64,000 nucleotides of DNA from the NCBI GenBank assembly GCA_963703285.1, contig OY969807.1, forward strand, positions 1,664,001-1,728,000, written 5' to 3'. The notes beneath the pieces are model-generated. The model was not told where the DNA came from. It made no database searches and saw only the letters and a list, made by a program, of their open reading frames with translations. The stretch comes from an uncultured Nitrososphaerota archaeon (GTDB lineage Archaea; Thermoproteota; Nitrososphaeria; Nitrososphaerales; Gagatemarchaeaceae). The translations under genes were made by a program, and so were the position numbers. Every line of letters begins with the position of its first letter. The first letter of the stretch is position 1. Shown piece by piece: positions 1 to 9,345 of the stretch.

Positions 1-28
1 AAACTGCTGTGACTCGTTCTTAGATCGA

Positions 29-362
29 CCCGCCCGCCCCTACCTTTCCACTGGAACCCTAAAGATGCCCGCAAAATATTTCATATTTTGATATATTAAA
101 GATGCTCGCTCTTGGATGGATTTCTGTTTAGATAATACTAATCATCCATTTCTTGTGACTTTGGCGCGAGTTGGCGCCCTCAAAGCTGAGAAGGAGCCCG
201 AATCGACCTCCACTGGAAACGGAGGGGTGTGGGGGTTCCGGTGAACACCTGTGAACAAAGCAGGCCGGCGGGGGCGATGAAGACTTCTCTGGCCCAAACA
301 GGCCCGTTCCTCCCTCCTTCTGGCGATGGGCGCACCCGCCGACCCCTGTGTTTCCACTGGAG
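29..362. other. oriC: Probable chromosomal replication origin (oriC): three ORB elements and an AT-rich unwinding region
   Basis: ORB-like motifs GTTCCAGTGGAAAGGTAGGGG (37-57, minus), CTCCACTGGAAACGGAGGGGTGTGGGGG (208-235, plus) and CTCCAGTGGAAACACAGGGGT (342-362, minus). AT-rich tract ~74-160 lies between the inverted ORB1 and ORB2. Matches the archaeal ORB consensus TCCA(G/C)TGGAAA..GGGG. Confidence 0.85.
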
Positions 363-516
363 CCTGTGCAGCCTGGGGCCGCAGTGAGCCCGCTGTGAAC
401 CCCTGTGAACGCCTCGAATCCTATCGCAGGGTGGTCAAGACTAGTTTGCAACCCGTTCACAAGTTCACACCACTATACCATTTATCCGCCGTCTCCGGGC
501 GTCCCCCGTCTGTCGC

Positions 517-918
517 TTGCAGAAACGGGTCAAGGTCGAGTTCCAGGACGGCAGGGGCACCAAGTACAGCCTCGCGGTCGAGGGGCGGATATCGAGGGAG
601 AAGGTCCTCAAGATCATGGACCTCATGGAGCTCGTCGAGGGCAACGACGCCATCGAGGAGCCTGCGCCGAACGAGGCGAGCAGCTTCGGGCGCGTCTTCA
701 AGGTCATCGAGACATCGTACATGGGGAAGGAGTTCTCGTCGGCCGACATAGCGAGAGACTACGAGGAGCTCCACGGCGAGCCGATAGGGCTGTCCACAGT
801 CTCGACGTACCTCTCACGGATGGCGGAGCGGGGGGCACTCAAGCGGCAGAAGTTCGGCAACTCTTGGGTGTACAGACGCGTGCACCTAGCGCCAAATCAG
901 GTCCAGACGCTCAAGTAG
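517..918 (+). CDS. Hypothetical protein with C-terminal winged-helix domain
   Basis: 133-aa ORF with GC3-rich codons; FSSADIARDY...LSTVSTYLSRM..RGAL..QKFGNSWVY is a wHTH pattern. Confidence 0.8.
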   Translation: MQKRVKVEFQDGRGTKYSLAVEGRISREKVLKIMDLMELVEGNDAIEEPAPNEASSFGRVFKVIETSYMGKEFSSADIARDYEELHGEPIGLSTVSTYLSRMAERGALKRQKFGNSWVYRRVHLAPNQVQTLK

Positions 919-977
919 AACCGAATCACGTCGACCGGCAGCGAATTAGGTAGCTAATGTTTTCTGTATCCCGATTA

Positions 978-1001
978 TTCGGACAAAACTATTAGTCAAG
1001 G
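978..1001 (+). promoter_or_regulatory. Copy of the dispersed 24-bp motif (TTCGGACAA-AACTAT-TAGTCAAGG)
   Basis: Matches consensus TTCGGACAA-N6-TAATCAGAA; precedes the pseudogene at 1036. Confidence 0.75.
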
Positions 1002-1035
1002 TGAGGCTCTTGAACACTTTCGAGGTTCTTCTCGA

Positions 1036-1191
1036 ATGAACACCCAGCCAACTCGAAGCTTCACTCACCTCACCATAGCAATTGTCGTAGCGGAGGGTGG
1101 TAATTGGGGCTGTCATCCTTCCTCGTCCTACCTCGGGACTGCGACTGCGACAACCGTGACTAGAACCTCGACGACAACCCACGCCGACTAG
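1036..1191 (+). pseudogene. Remnant of a membrane-anchored surface-protein gene
   Basis: MNTQPTRSFTHLTIAIVVA, a frameshifted hydrophobic segment, then SSYLGTATATTVTRTSTTT and an early stop. Confidence 0.55.
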
Positions 1192-1248
1192 CTGCTGCAT
1201 CCAGAGGTCATGTCGGATGGATATCCCATACCTTTCATGAGTATGGAA

Positions 1249-1458
1249 CTACTGCTTGCTCGACAAGTAGCCCCAGAGCATTACCCCGACAAGCATGACC
1301 ATCGACCCCGCCAGACCGGTCACGAACGCGCCCGCCATGTCTGAGCTGAGGCCGACCCCCTGAAACGAGTTGATGATCGACGGTGCCACGAGCCAGGCGA
1401 CGAAGCCCAGAGCGTACCCAATCAGCCAGAATACGAACAATGCAGCTTTTCGACCCAA
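1249..1458 (-). CDS. Small two-TM membrane protein
   Basis: 69 aa with two clear hydrophobic helices. Confidence 0.7.
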   Translation of the reverse strand: MGRKAALFVFWLIGYALGFVAWLVAPSIINSFQGVGLSSDMAGAFVTGLAGSMVMLVGVMLWGYLSSKQ

Positions 1459-1752
1459 TCTTGATTACCGATACATGATGGGACGGGAATGGAGTAAATG
1501 CAACGAGAGTTGAATCCCTTAACCTTCAGGTCGAATTTCTGGACGACCCGGATAAATATTTTGCATCAGACGAGCCGCATTTATCCGGTGACCGAAGGTC
1601 CGAAAGCCGGTCGCACGAATTGCCGATTGATCAAAGAGTCGTCTTGATTGTCGTCCTTACTGCAATTGTAATAGTCGTGGTTAGTGTATGGAAGGCTAGG
1701 GCTCGGGGTTCTTCTTAATAATGTGAGAGACTTGTGATAGAGGTGAAAGAAA

Positions 1753-2031
1753 GTGTCGAAAAACAAATTTGAAATCGGAGAGAAGGAGAAGCACTCGCTC
1801 ACAGTCGATGCCGACCAGGTTATGAAGCGAATCAGTATCGAAGTGGATGGCCAGAAGGTCATTGACGAATCCCTCTTCTCGCTTGGCGCGAAGAAGTTCG
1901 CGTTCGATGTCGGGAGTTCAGAGGTCCACAAAGTCGAAGTCAACCTCGGAATGACGCGCTGGGCATTTGGGAGAAAAATCAGCGTGCTCGTAGATGGCAA
2001 GCCCGCACAGAGCTCAAGTGTGGGTAAGTAA
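1753..2031 (+). CDS. Hypothetical small beta-rich protein
   Basis: 92-aa ORF with SD-like GAGGTGA upstream and an internal repeat (EKHSLTV/EVHKVEV; IEVDGQ/VLVDGK). Confidence 0.65.
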   Translation: MSKNKFEIGEKEKHSLTVDADQVMKRISIEVDGQKVIDESLFSLGAKKFAFDVGSSEVHKVEVNLGMTRWAFGRKISVLVDGKPAQSSSVGK

Positions 2032-2052
2032 AGCGGGGCACTTGCCATCAGT

Positions 2053-2212
2053 GATGCCGCCGGATGAGGTCGCGTTGAGCGACCCTGACAAGCAGAACGC
2101 GGCTGTAATCGAGGTGATCGTCAAGGCCGGAGGGCACATTCAGTCCGTGACGATAGCGGGAGCCTCACTTGAAGACGTTTATCTGAAGCTGGTGAGGGAA
2201 GGGGGAAGCTAG
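2053..2212 (+). pseudogene. C-terminal remnant of an ABC transporter ATP-binding subunit
   Basis: DPDKQNAAVIEVIVKAGGHIQSV...SLEDVYLKLVRE is the typical ABC ATPase tail; no Walker motifs upstream; directly precedes the permease. Confidence 0.7.
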
Positions 2213-2217
2213 GAACC

Positions 2218-2949
2218 GTGCGGCTCTCCAAGTCCTGGATTATTGCAGCAAAGGACCTCAAGACTCTCGGCAAGAAGAAGAGCATAATCTATTTGGTGGC
2301 CTTCATTCCGCTTTTCGTCGCCATTCTCATCCCCACAGTCATAGGCTACGTCGGCCAGAGGAAGACCCCTGCCGAGCTGGTGGTCCTGCTGCCTGCGTTC
2401 CTCTTCTTCTACGTCATTCTGGGCTCGTATCTCTCCACTCCGATAGCATCCTACACCATCGCTGGAGAAAAACTCGAGAAGAGCCTCGAGCCGCTGCTTG
2501 CGACGCCAACGACGGACAGCGAGATTCTACTCGGAAAGGGCATAGCTGCCTTCCTTCCGCCGCTGGCTGCGGTGCTGGGAGGGTCCGCCCTCTTCATGCT
2601 TCTCATGGACCTGACCACCAAGGGCAAGCTTGGTTACTACTACTTCCCGGACTGGAATTCGGCCATCGTCATACTGTTGCTTCTTCCGCTCGCGTTGTTG
2701 ATGAGCGTGCAGGTGAATGTGATCATGTCCTCGAAGGTGACCGACATCAGGGCTGGACAACAACTCGGGGCGCTAACAATCGTTCCATTCATAGGGCTGT
2801 ACGTCTCCGGAGAACTGGGCCTGATCAACCTCGGAGACGCCAGCAACCTGCTGATAATCGCGGGAGCCTTGGTCGTGGTGGACATGCTGCTCTTCTTCGT
2901 CTCGACAGCGACCTTCCGCAGAGAGGAGATACTGACAAAATGGAAGTAG
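2218..2949 (+). CDS. ABC-2 type transporter permease
   Basis: IAAKDL start, IAGEKLEKSLEPLLATP..SEILLGK motif, six TM segments. Confidence 0.9.
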   Translation: MRLSKSWIIAAKDLKTLGKKKSIIYLVAFIPLFVAILIPTVIGYVGQRKTPAELVVLLPAFLFFYVILGSYLSTPIASYTIAGEKLEKSLEPLLATPTTDSEILLGKGIAAFLPPLAAVLGGSALFMLLMDLTTKGKLGYYYFPDWNSAIVILLLLPLALLMSVQVNVIMSSKVTDIRAGQQLGALTIVPFIGLYVSGELGLINLGDASNLLIIAGALVVVDMLLFFVSTATFRREEILTKWK

Positions 2950-3084
2950 GCGCCTCAATTTCAAGACCTGAGACACGAACCTACTGTTTGAGCCATTCCT
3001 TGAGCGTCCTGGGCATAATTCTCAATTGAGGGAGAGCATCCTATAGACTTGACCGGGAATCGGGCGAAGGCGAGAGCCCGCTGA

Positions 3085-3414
3085 CTACCCGCTCTTCGGG
3101 GAAAAACCACGGCGGGCGTTCATCTGGGCAGCCATCCTGAAAACAACGGGCGCCATACCTAAAGCGACGATCATCGCCACGATGAAGTTCTCGAGCGCAG
3201 TAACCGGGCCGACGCTAATCGTAACCGAGCCAATAACCAGACCGATGACTCCTCCGGCCACGAAGAAAGCCATCCACGCTTCAATGAATCTCCAGTACCC
3301 CAGATGCTGCAGCTTCGGGTAGAGCCAATTGAAGAAAATGACTATGCTCACGACTCCTACAGGAATGAGAATCAGCAATGCCTCCAATGGATCCAACAGC
3401 AACTTACTAACCAC
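3085..3414 (-). CDS. Hypothetical membrane protein
   Basis: 109 aa with three hydrophobic helices. Confidence 0.65.
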   Translation of the reverse strand: MVSKLLLDPLEALLILIPVGVVSIVIFFNWLYPKLQHLGYWRFIEAWMAFFVAGGVIGLVIGSVTISVGPVTALENFIVAMIVALGMAPVVFRMAAQMNARRGFSPKSG

Positions 3415-3516
3415 CTTCCAATGGCGAACCCAAGGATATCAACCTAGCTACAAACGCTGTCGCAGACCACAGGCAATCGGGAGTGCCTATTACCGCGGGT
3501 TTCGGTACAGGGGTCG

Positions 3517-3999
3517 ATGCCAAGCTACACCATCCACTTTGGCTTCAGCCAGCGGTTCCCCGTCCCAGCCGCCGAGGCGTACGAGTGGTGCACCGACTAC
3601 GACGCCGGCGACATCGCGCTCGAAGGCATGAAGGGTGCCCGACAGGTAGAGTGGACCGACGATGCCACGGTAATACTGACGGACACGGTGGAGGCCGGCG
3701 CCGTGAAGACCACGAAGGTCAAGGTCGTCCGGCTCTACCCGGCGCTGCTGATGTGGACCAACACGAGGATTTCCAGCCCCGGGAAATATTCCCAGTTCAT
3801 CTACCAGATCGTCCCCGAGGGGAAGAACGCCTCGCGCCTCGACTACAACGGCGCTCAGGTCGAGGAAGGGAAGAGCGTTCCGTCACCGTCCCAGGCTGCC
3901 GCCATGGCGGAGAAACTCACGGAGGAGGACTCCCAGGCGTGGATCAAGCTCGCGGCGGCGATGGAGAAGGATCTCGCCCGGAAACCATCCCGTGCGTGA
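3517..3999 (+). CDS. SRPBCC/START-fold-like protein
   Basis: FPVPAAEAYEWCTDY N-terminus, YQIVPEGKNASRLDY strand pair, C-terminal helix W..LAAAME. Confidence 0.6.
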   Translation: MPSYTIHFGFSQRFPVPAAEAYEWCTDYDAGDIALEGMKGARQVEWTDDATVILTDTVEAGAVKTTKVKVVRLYPALLMWTNTRISSPGKYSQFIYQIVPEGKNASRLDYNGAQVEEGKSVPSPSQAAAMAEKLTEEDSQAWIKLAAAMEKDLARKPSRA

Positions 4000-4020
4000 C
4001 TAGGTTCTAGGCTCGGTGAC

Positions 4021-5037
4021 CTAGGTGGTGCAACTAGGGAGTGGCGACTGTCTTTGCTTGCCTAGCCAGCCGAGAATAGAGTTGGCGCCCTCTTCGTCGA
4101 GCTTGGCGTCCGGCACATTGTAGTGAGCGGCGACGTATTGCGCCGTTAGTTCTTCGACGGGTAGCGCCTCGTGCTTTAGCACGTGATTTGCGTTCTCCGG
4201 ATAGGCGAACGAGACGGTCGTCTTTCCCGCCGTCGCATCTTCGAGCGCCTTCCCGTCCACCTTCCAATTGACCTGGATGTCTTTCTTGCCGATTACGACC
4301 AACACGGGATCATCGACCTCTGCGATGTGCTCTGGGAGACTGTAGGCCCATAGTTCCCTGGCGAACGGCAGGTTGTTTGGATTCTCGAGGCTGCGCAGAA
4401 GCACTTTCAGACCTTCCGGAAGAGACGGGTCCATGGTCATAGGCATGTTGGCCAGGAACTCCGCGATGGCGTCGTCATAGTGTCCAATGACTGTCTCTGC
4501 TTCGGGCAGAGACTTGCCCTGCTCAAGGAGCTGACTCCGAGCCACTTCGCCAACAGCCCTCCCGGGGGCACCGGTCAGTACCATTCCTCTGAAGCGGTTG
4601 TTCTTCGTCCGTAACTGGTAGTTCACGGCATGAATGGCGCCCTCGCTGTTGGTGAGCGCGAAAAGGTGGTCCCCGTCGACATTCCTCTCGGAGAGGATCG
4701 TTTCGACCGCGCCAGTTAGCTCGTCCAGGAATGTTTGCATCCCGACTTTTCCGGAGATTTTGGGCAGATACTCCTTGACGCGAGGTCCCGAACCGAGCTT
4801 GTCATAGCGTAGGGTGACAAAGCCCCAACTCGCCAGAGACTCCGCCAGTATCTTGGCGGTGCCGTTCGACCCGGGCAGAAGAGGGGAGCACCAGTTCCTG
4901 TCGGTTGGACCACTTCCCGCCAGTAAAATAACCGCCGGACGAGGCGCATTGTTTGAAGGTGCGGTCAAGGTTCCGTATACCGGAATATCAAGAGCCTTCC
5001 ATGTCACTTCTTTATCCTCAACGGACGCGGCGCTCAT
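4021..5037 (-). CDS. Alpha/beta hydrolase
   Basis: LAGSGPTDRN, LRYDKLG, nucleophile elbow TNSEG, GKKDIQV, ANHVLK. Confidence 0.85.
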   Translation of the reverse strand: MSAASVEDKEVTWKALDIPVYGTLTAPSNNAPRPAVILLAGSGPTDRNWCSPLLPGSNGTAKILAESLASWGFVTLRYDKLGSGPRVKEYLPKISGKVGMQTFLDELTGAVETILSERNVDGDHLFALTNSEGAIHAVNYQLRTKNNRFRGMVLTGAPGRAVGEVARSQLLEQGKSLPEAETVIGHYDDAIAEFLANMPMTMDPSLPEGLKVLLRSLENPNNLPFARELWAYSLPEHIAEVDDPVLVVIGKKDIQVNWKVDGKALEDATAGKTTVSFAYPENANHVLKHEALPVEELTAQYVAAHYNVPDAKLDEEGANSILGWLGKQRQSPLPSCTT

Positions 5038-5103
5038 GTTTCTTCTTCCAATTCGTCTCGCTGTTCGACAGCTATATAGAAATGAGTAAAGTGCTTCCCC
5101 CTG

Positions 5104-5604
5104 ATGAAACTACTCCGGGTACTGGACGCTCCCAGCACCACTCTGGTGTACGACCTCCACAACCAGATGATACTGAAGGAGCTTGTGGAATCGGAGGGCT
5201 CCGTGACTGAACTCGCGAGAAAGCTGAACATCCCGATGGTGACGCTCTGGAAACGGATGCAGAAACTTCTGGCTGCTAACTTGGTGGAGCTTTCGAGGGT
5301 CAAGAAGTCAGGCAACCTCGAGAAAAAACTGTATCGGGCGACTGCGGCAAGATTCGTCCCTGCGCAGCTCCTGAGCTTCAAACCGAAGGACCGTCACCTC
5401 AGGGAGGCATCCGAGGTTTACTCGCAGATTCAGAATATGGGTGTGAAGCTCCTGACGCAAACATACGAGATACCCGAGGATGCGGATCCCTCTGACTATG
5501 CACTGTACGCAAACTTGCTTGCATTCGTACAGGTCAGCAGGATGCCGGACTTTGAGAGGAGAGTCGCTGAACTTCAGAAGAAGCTCTCCGAGTACAAACC
5601 CTGA
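5104..5604 (+). CDS. ArsR-like winged-helix transcriptional regulator
   Basis: SVTELARKLNIPMVTLWKRMQKLLAANLV...EKKLYRATA; divergent from the hydrolase. Confidence 0.8.
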   Translation: MKLLRVLDAPSTTLVYDLHNQMILKELVESEGSVTELARKLNIPMVTLWKRMQKLLAANLVELSRVKKSGNLEKKLYRATAARFVPAQLLSFKPKDRHLREASEVYSQIQNMGVKLLTQTYEIPEDADPSDYALYANLLAFVQVSRMPDFERRVAELQKKLSEYKP

Positions 5605-5678
5605 CGATATGCGAAGGGTCGTTAGTCAATAAATACTCCCTCCATTTTCTGCCAAAAGCATCGGTTGTACGATTACTA

Positions 5679-6428
5679 TTGCACGCCCAGCCCCAATCAT
5701 CATTCCCTTGTGCCGGCTGCAAGCGGCAATGTACCTCAGAGATGCTGGGAACCTACTTGCTTGTGCTCTTTGGCCCGGGTTCTGTGGTCGCAGCCTCTCT
5801 CTGGGGTTTGTCCCCAGCTGAGACGTTGCTCTTTGTGGCGGCCGTCTTCGGCTCCACAGTTGCTTGCGTAATCGTTGGCCTGGGTCGCTTTTCCGGGGCT
5901 CACATCAATCCGGCGATTTCTGTCGGAAGCGCCGTGGCGGGGTTGCTCAAGCGCGAGTTGTTCGTCCAATACCTCGTCTTCCAGGTCGTCGGCGCGCTGC
6001 TTGCAGGGATATGCCTCAGGGTCATCTTCGGGACAGGGGGATTGGGTACCCATCTTGGTTCGACCGAGCTGGCGGCGGGAATAGGCCCAGTCGAAGGACT
6101 CGCTCTGGAAATCGCTGGAACCTTCTTCCTGGCAATGTCGGCGCTCATAGCAGGCTCTTCCGTAAAGAGCCCAGTGAAGCAGGCCCTCTTGGTCGGGGGG
6201 ACGCTATTCGTCCTCATCCTCTTCATAGGGCCGCTGACCGGGGGTTCGTTCAATCCTGCCAGAAGCCTCGGACCTTCCCTCCTCTCGGGATACCTGAGCG
6301 GTCAGCTCATCTACTATGTGGGGCCGGTCATCGGTGCTGTGTTCGCAGGATTGATGTTCGGAGTGCTGAAGTCATATGGCAAAAAGAGAAGCGGCAAGAC
6401 CAAACTCAATCTTGTTTGTATGTGTTGA
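5679..6428 (+). CDS. MIP/aquaporin family channel (probable arsenite channel)
   Basis: Two NPA motifs (SGAHINPA, GGSFNPARS); overlaps arsC. Confidence 0.9.
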   Translation: MHAQPQSSFPCAGCKRQCTSEMLGTYLLVLFGPGSVVAASLWGLSPAETLLFVAAVFGSTVACVIVGLGRFSGAHINPAISVGSAVAGLLKRELFVQYLVFQVVGALLAGICLRVIFGTGGLGTHLGSTELAAGIGPVEGLALEIAGTFFLAMSALIAGSSVKSPVKQALLVGGTLFVLILFIGPLTGGSFNPARSLGPSLLSGYLSGQLIYYVGPVIGAVFAGLMFGVLKSYGKKRSGKTKLNLVCMC

Positions 6429-6813
6429 GAACGCTGGACGGAGCCAGATGGCGGAGGCGTTCGCAAGAAGGCATGGTCTTCAGGCCTCTAGCGCCGGAAC
6501 CGTCCCCTCTTCGAGAGTAAACCCCGTGGTTGTACAGGCGATGAAAGAGAAGGGCCTTGATATCGCGCAGAACAAGCCCAAGATGCTCACCAGCGAGATG
6601 ATCAAAGACGCCAGTCTGGTGGTGACCATGGGCTGCTCGGTCGAAGAAGCTTGCCCGCGACCCATGCTCGCCCAGATGCAGAAGAAACTCGTCGACTGGG
6701 ACCTCCAGGACCCAAAGGGGAAGCCGATAGAGCAGGTCCGTAAGATCAGGGACGAAATCGAGAGGAGGGTTACCGGTCTCACGAAGGTCGGGTTGCCGGC
6801 TTCTTCGCCTTGA
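6376..6813 (+). CDS. arsC: Arsenate reductase, LMW-PTPase type
   Basis: ILFVCVENAGRSQMAEAF P-loop; VTMGC..ACP; WDLQDP. Confidence 0.9.
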   Translation: MAKREAARPNSILFVCVENAGRSQMAEAFARRHGLQASSAGTVPSSRVNPVVVQAMKEKGLDIAQNKPKMLTSEMIKDASLVVTMGCSVEEACPRPMLAQMQKKLVDWDLQDPKGKPIEQVRKIRDEIERRVTGLTKVGLPASSP

Positions 6814-7528
6814 TGTGCGAGCTGTAATACTTGAAGGGGTACTCCCCTATGTTCGAGTCCGAGATGTGCTCAATCTCGATGTCTGCGAATCCGGCGGCTT
6901 GCAGCTTGCTCCTGTACTCCGAATCCACGAGAGCCCCTGCGATGCAGGCGGACCACGAATCCATGTCCTCCCTCGCGCTATCGGGAATCTCGTTCTGAAG
7001 CGTCACGTCTGCCACGGCGAAGGTTCCACCCTGCCTCAGAACCCGGAATGACTCCCTGAACACGGCCAGCTTTTCCGGAACAAGATTGATTACACAATTC
7101 GAGATGATGTAGTCGACGCTGTCTGATTCAACGGGCAGGTGCTCGATCTCACCCAGCCTGAACTCTACGTTCTGATACTTGCTTCCATACTTCGCCTTTG
7201 TTTCCCTCGCTCTCCAGACCATCTCGGGAGTGGCGTCTACGCCCATGACCTTTCCACTCTCACCCACAAGCCGCGAAGCCCTGAATACGTCGATTCCTCC
7301 CCCGCTGCCCAAATCCAGCACCACATCTCCATCCGTGGGGCTGACCAACATGAGAGGAGACCCGCACCCGGCGTTCACTGAGGACGCCTCGACAGGAACC
7401 GAACTATCCAAGACTATGAGATTCACATCGCCGCAGCAAGCCTCGCTTTCACAACAGTCAGCGCCGGAGGATATCGCTATCTTCGCATATCGTTCCTTCA
7501 CCGCCTTCCTAATTTCTACCTCGGACAT
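6779..7528 (-). CDS. arsM: Arsenite S-adenosylmethyltransferase
   Basis: N-terminal CC pairs, GCGSP, LDLGSGGGID, ISNCVINL, WSACIAGA. Confidence 0.9.
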   Translation of the reverse strand: MSEVEIRKAVKERYAKIAISSGADCCESEACCGDVNLIVLDSSVPVEASSVNAGCGSPLMLVSPTDGDVVLDLGSGGGIDVFRASRLVGESGKVMGVDATPEMVWRARETKAKYGSKYQNVEFRLGEIEHLPVESDSVDYIISNCVINLVPEKLAVFRESFRVLRQGGTFAVADVTLQNEIPDSAREDMDSWSACIAGALVDSEYRSKLQAAGFADIEIEHISDSNIGEYPFKYYSSHIKAKKPATRPS

Positions 7529-7694
7529 TATCAGAACTAGTCTCTCTCTGCGTTATTTATTGACTCCCTCACTGCGTTTTGGTGCTCTGGGACGTGTTCC
7601 AGCGGCTTCATCAAGGCACCAACCCTTAATTTGTGCCCCTGCGAATCTTGTTACCGATTGCCTTGGTAGGCGGCCTGTCGACGAGGATTTGGGA

Positions 7695-8360
7695 ATGAAA
7701 TCTGCAACGCATAGTGCAGAGGTACCTGGCCCCAAACCGAAGGACAGCCCTGAAGTGCCTAGGGTACCCGACTTCGGAACCTACCATCATTCATCAATGA
7801 GAGAGTCCGTGAGCACGAGAACAAAGATCAGGGCCATCTTCGCGGAAGCCTTTGAAGCTCTGCCGTTTGACAGGAACGAGCGCTTACGAATCTTAGACAT
7901 GGGATGCGGACTCGGCTTCCTCTCGACCGTCTGTGCCGAGCGCTATTCCCGCGCCCTCATCACGGGTGTCGACACCTTCGCCCACTCGAGCCTTAAGGGT
8001 TCCAGTATCGCGAGGGCTAAAGAGAATTCTGAGATTCTAGGGTTCTCGGACAGGATAACGTTCGAGGAGGGAGACATTCTAACCGCTGACTTCAGACGAA
8101 AGACGTTCGAGCTTTTCGTCTCCAACCTCGTGTTCCACAATCTCGGAGAAAGACGATTCGAAGCATACCGGAGGGTAGCCTCTTGGATGCCCCCGGAAGC
8201 TTTTTGCTTGCTCGGTGACCTATTCTTCGAGCACAAGGCCGATCTAAAATTCCTCTCGACGATTTTCAACACCATCAAAGAGGTAAAACCCGCGAGAAGC
8301 TTGAGCGAGTACAGCCTCTTCGTGCTATCCGGGGCTCCCGCACCGATTCGTGTAACTTAG
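7695..8360 (+). CDS. Class I SAM-dependent methyltransferase
   Basis: ILDMGCGLG motif I and VSNLVFHN; start taken at ATG 7695 rather than the longer ORF. Confidence 0.8.
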   Translation: MKSATHSAEVPGPKPKDSPEVPRVPDFGTYHHSSMRESVSTRTKIRAIFAEAFEALPFDRNERLRILDMGCGLGFLSTVCAERYSRALITGVDTFAHSSLKGSSIARAKENSEILGFSDRITFEEGDILTADFRRKTFELFVSNLVFHNLGERRFEAYRRVASWMPPEAFCLLGDLFFEHKADLKFLSTIFNTIKEVKPARSLSEYSLFVLSGAPAPIRVT

Positions 8361-8389
8361 GTAGCTAACAATTTTCTGTATCCTAGTTA

Positions 8390-8413
8390 TCCGGACAAAG
8401 GTATTAATCGGAA
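8390..8413 (+). promoter_or_regulatory. Copy of the dispersed 24-bp motif (TCCGGACAA-AGGTAT-TAATCGGAA)
   Basis: Part of a ~55-bp repeat shared with 946-1001; ends 26 nt before GTG 8440. Confidence 0.75.
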
Positions 8414-8439
8414 GTCACCTATCCAAGCACCGATTCGGC

Positions 8440-9240
8440 GTGGAATCTCAACGAAGAGCCATCGGGAAAACAGCGGCAGCCGTAATCATCGTTGCCGTAA
8501 TCCTGGTCGGTGTGACAGCCGTAGAATTACTGACCACTTCCAATTCGTTCTGCGGTCAGCCAGCTTATCTCGTCACACTCGCCTCAAAGGTGGAGCAGAC
8601 GCAAAGCTTCGCCCAGCAGTCGCATGGGTTGAGCTACGTGCTCGCATCGGGCAATAATCAAACCGAGACTGGAGAGGCCAACGGAAACTCAATCTTCTAT
8701 CCGCCGGAGACGGACCTGATCTTCTACTCATACGGTACCGCTTCGACTCCGGCTTGCCCCAACCTTGACACCAGGGGCGTCGTCGGAGCACTCTGGATTC
8801 AAGTCCCAGTCAATATCAACGGTTCATACAATCTCATGACCATGTCGGTCTACTTCACGCCCGGAGTCCTCACCAACAACACGGTACTCACTACAATAAC
8901 CAACAACACAACTTCCCTCCTTGACTATTGTAATAGTACTCAAGGGACTGGCCTCTACGTCACCGTGCTATCGGACGCAGGTCAGCCAATACAAGGAGTT
9001 CAGGTCGGGGGCACCATGGTAGGTCAGATGAATGGCGGAATGTGCTACTATGGCATAGGCCCCTACACCACGAACTCGACGGGCAGCGTCCTCATCACTC
9101 CAAACATCGGCAGCTACTATCTGCTCACCGTGCAGTATCAGGGCAAGAACTACACCGCCAAGGCGCCGATCGAACCGATGTTAACGACCTACGTGACCCT
9201 GAAAGTTCCCTCAGGCAACGTCACTATCACCGAAGAATGA
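8440..9240 (+). CDS. Exported surface protein with N-terminal anchor and C-terminal beta-sandwich module
   Basis: RRA-IG..hydrophobic N-terminus (class III signal-like), many N-x-S/T sequons; last 97 aa ~80% identical to the C-terminal module of 49281..50486. Confidence 0.85.
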   Translation: MESQRRAIGKTAAAVIIVAVILVGVTAVELLTTSNSFCGQPAYLVTLASKVEQTQSFAQQSHGLSYVLASGNNQTETGEANGNSIFYPPETDLIFYSYGTASTPACPNLDTRGVVGALWIQVPVNINGSYNLMTMSVYFTPGVLTNNTVLTTITNNTTSLLDYCNSTQGTGLYVTVLSDAGQPIQGVQVGGTMVGQMNGGMCYYGIGPYTTNSTGSVLITPNIGSYYLLTVQYQGKNYTAKAPIEPMLTTYVTLKVPSGNVTITEE

Positions 9241-9345
9241 CCTAGCACTCGCGGACCGTTAGAAACGTCCTCATTGCGGATTCCGACAGACCGGTGAGCT
9301 TTCGAATCTCAGAATCGACTCCCGACAGCCCGAAGGTGGAGGTGT

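Noticed and set aside
128-500. Short ORFs across the first 500 bp
   Set aside because: They overlap ORB elements, lack coding-like composition and are better explained as origin DNA.
5082-5106. Possible phase-variable C5 tract between ATG 5082 and the regulator ORF
   Set aside because: The TATA position fits a leaderless start at 5104, and a 5-bp run is too short to argue for slippage.
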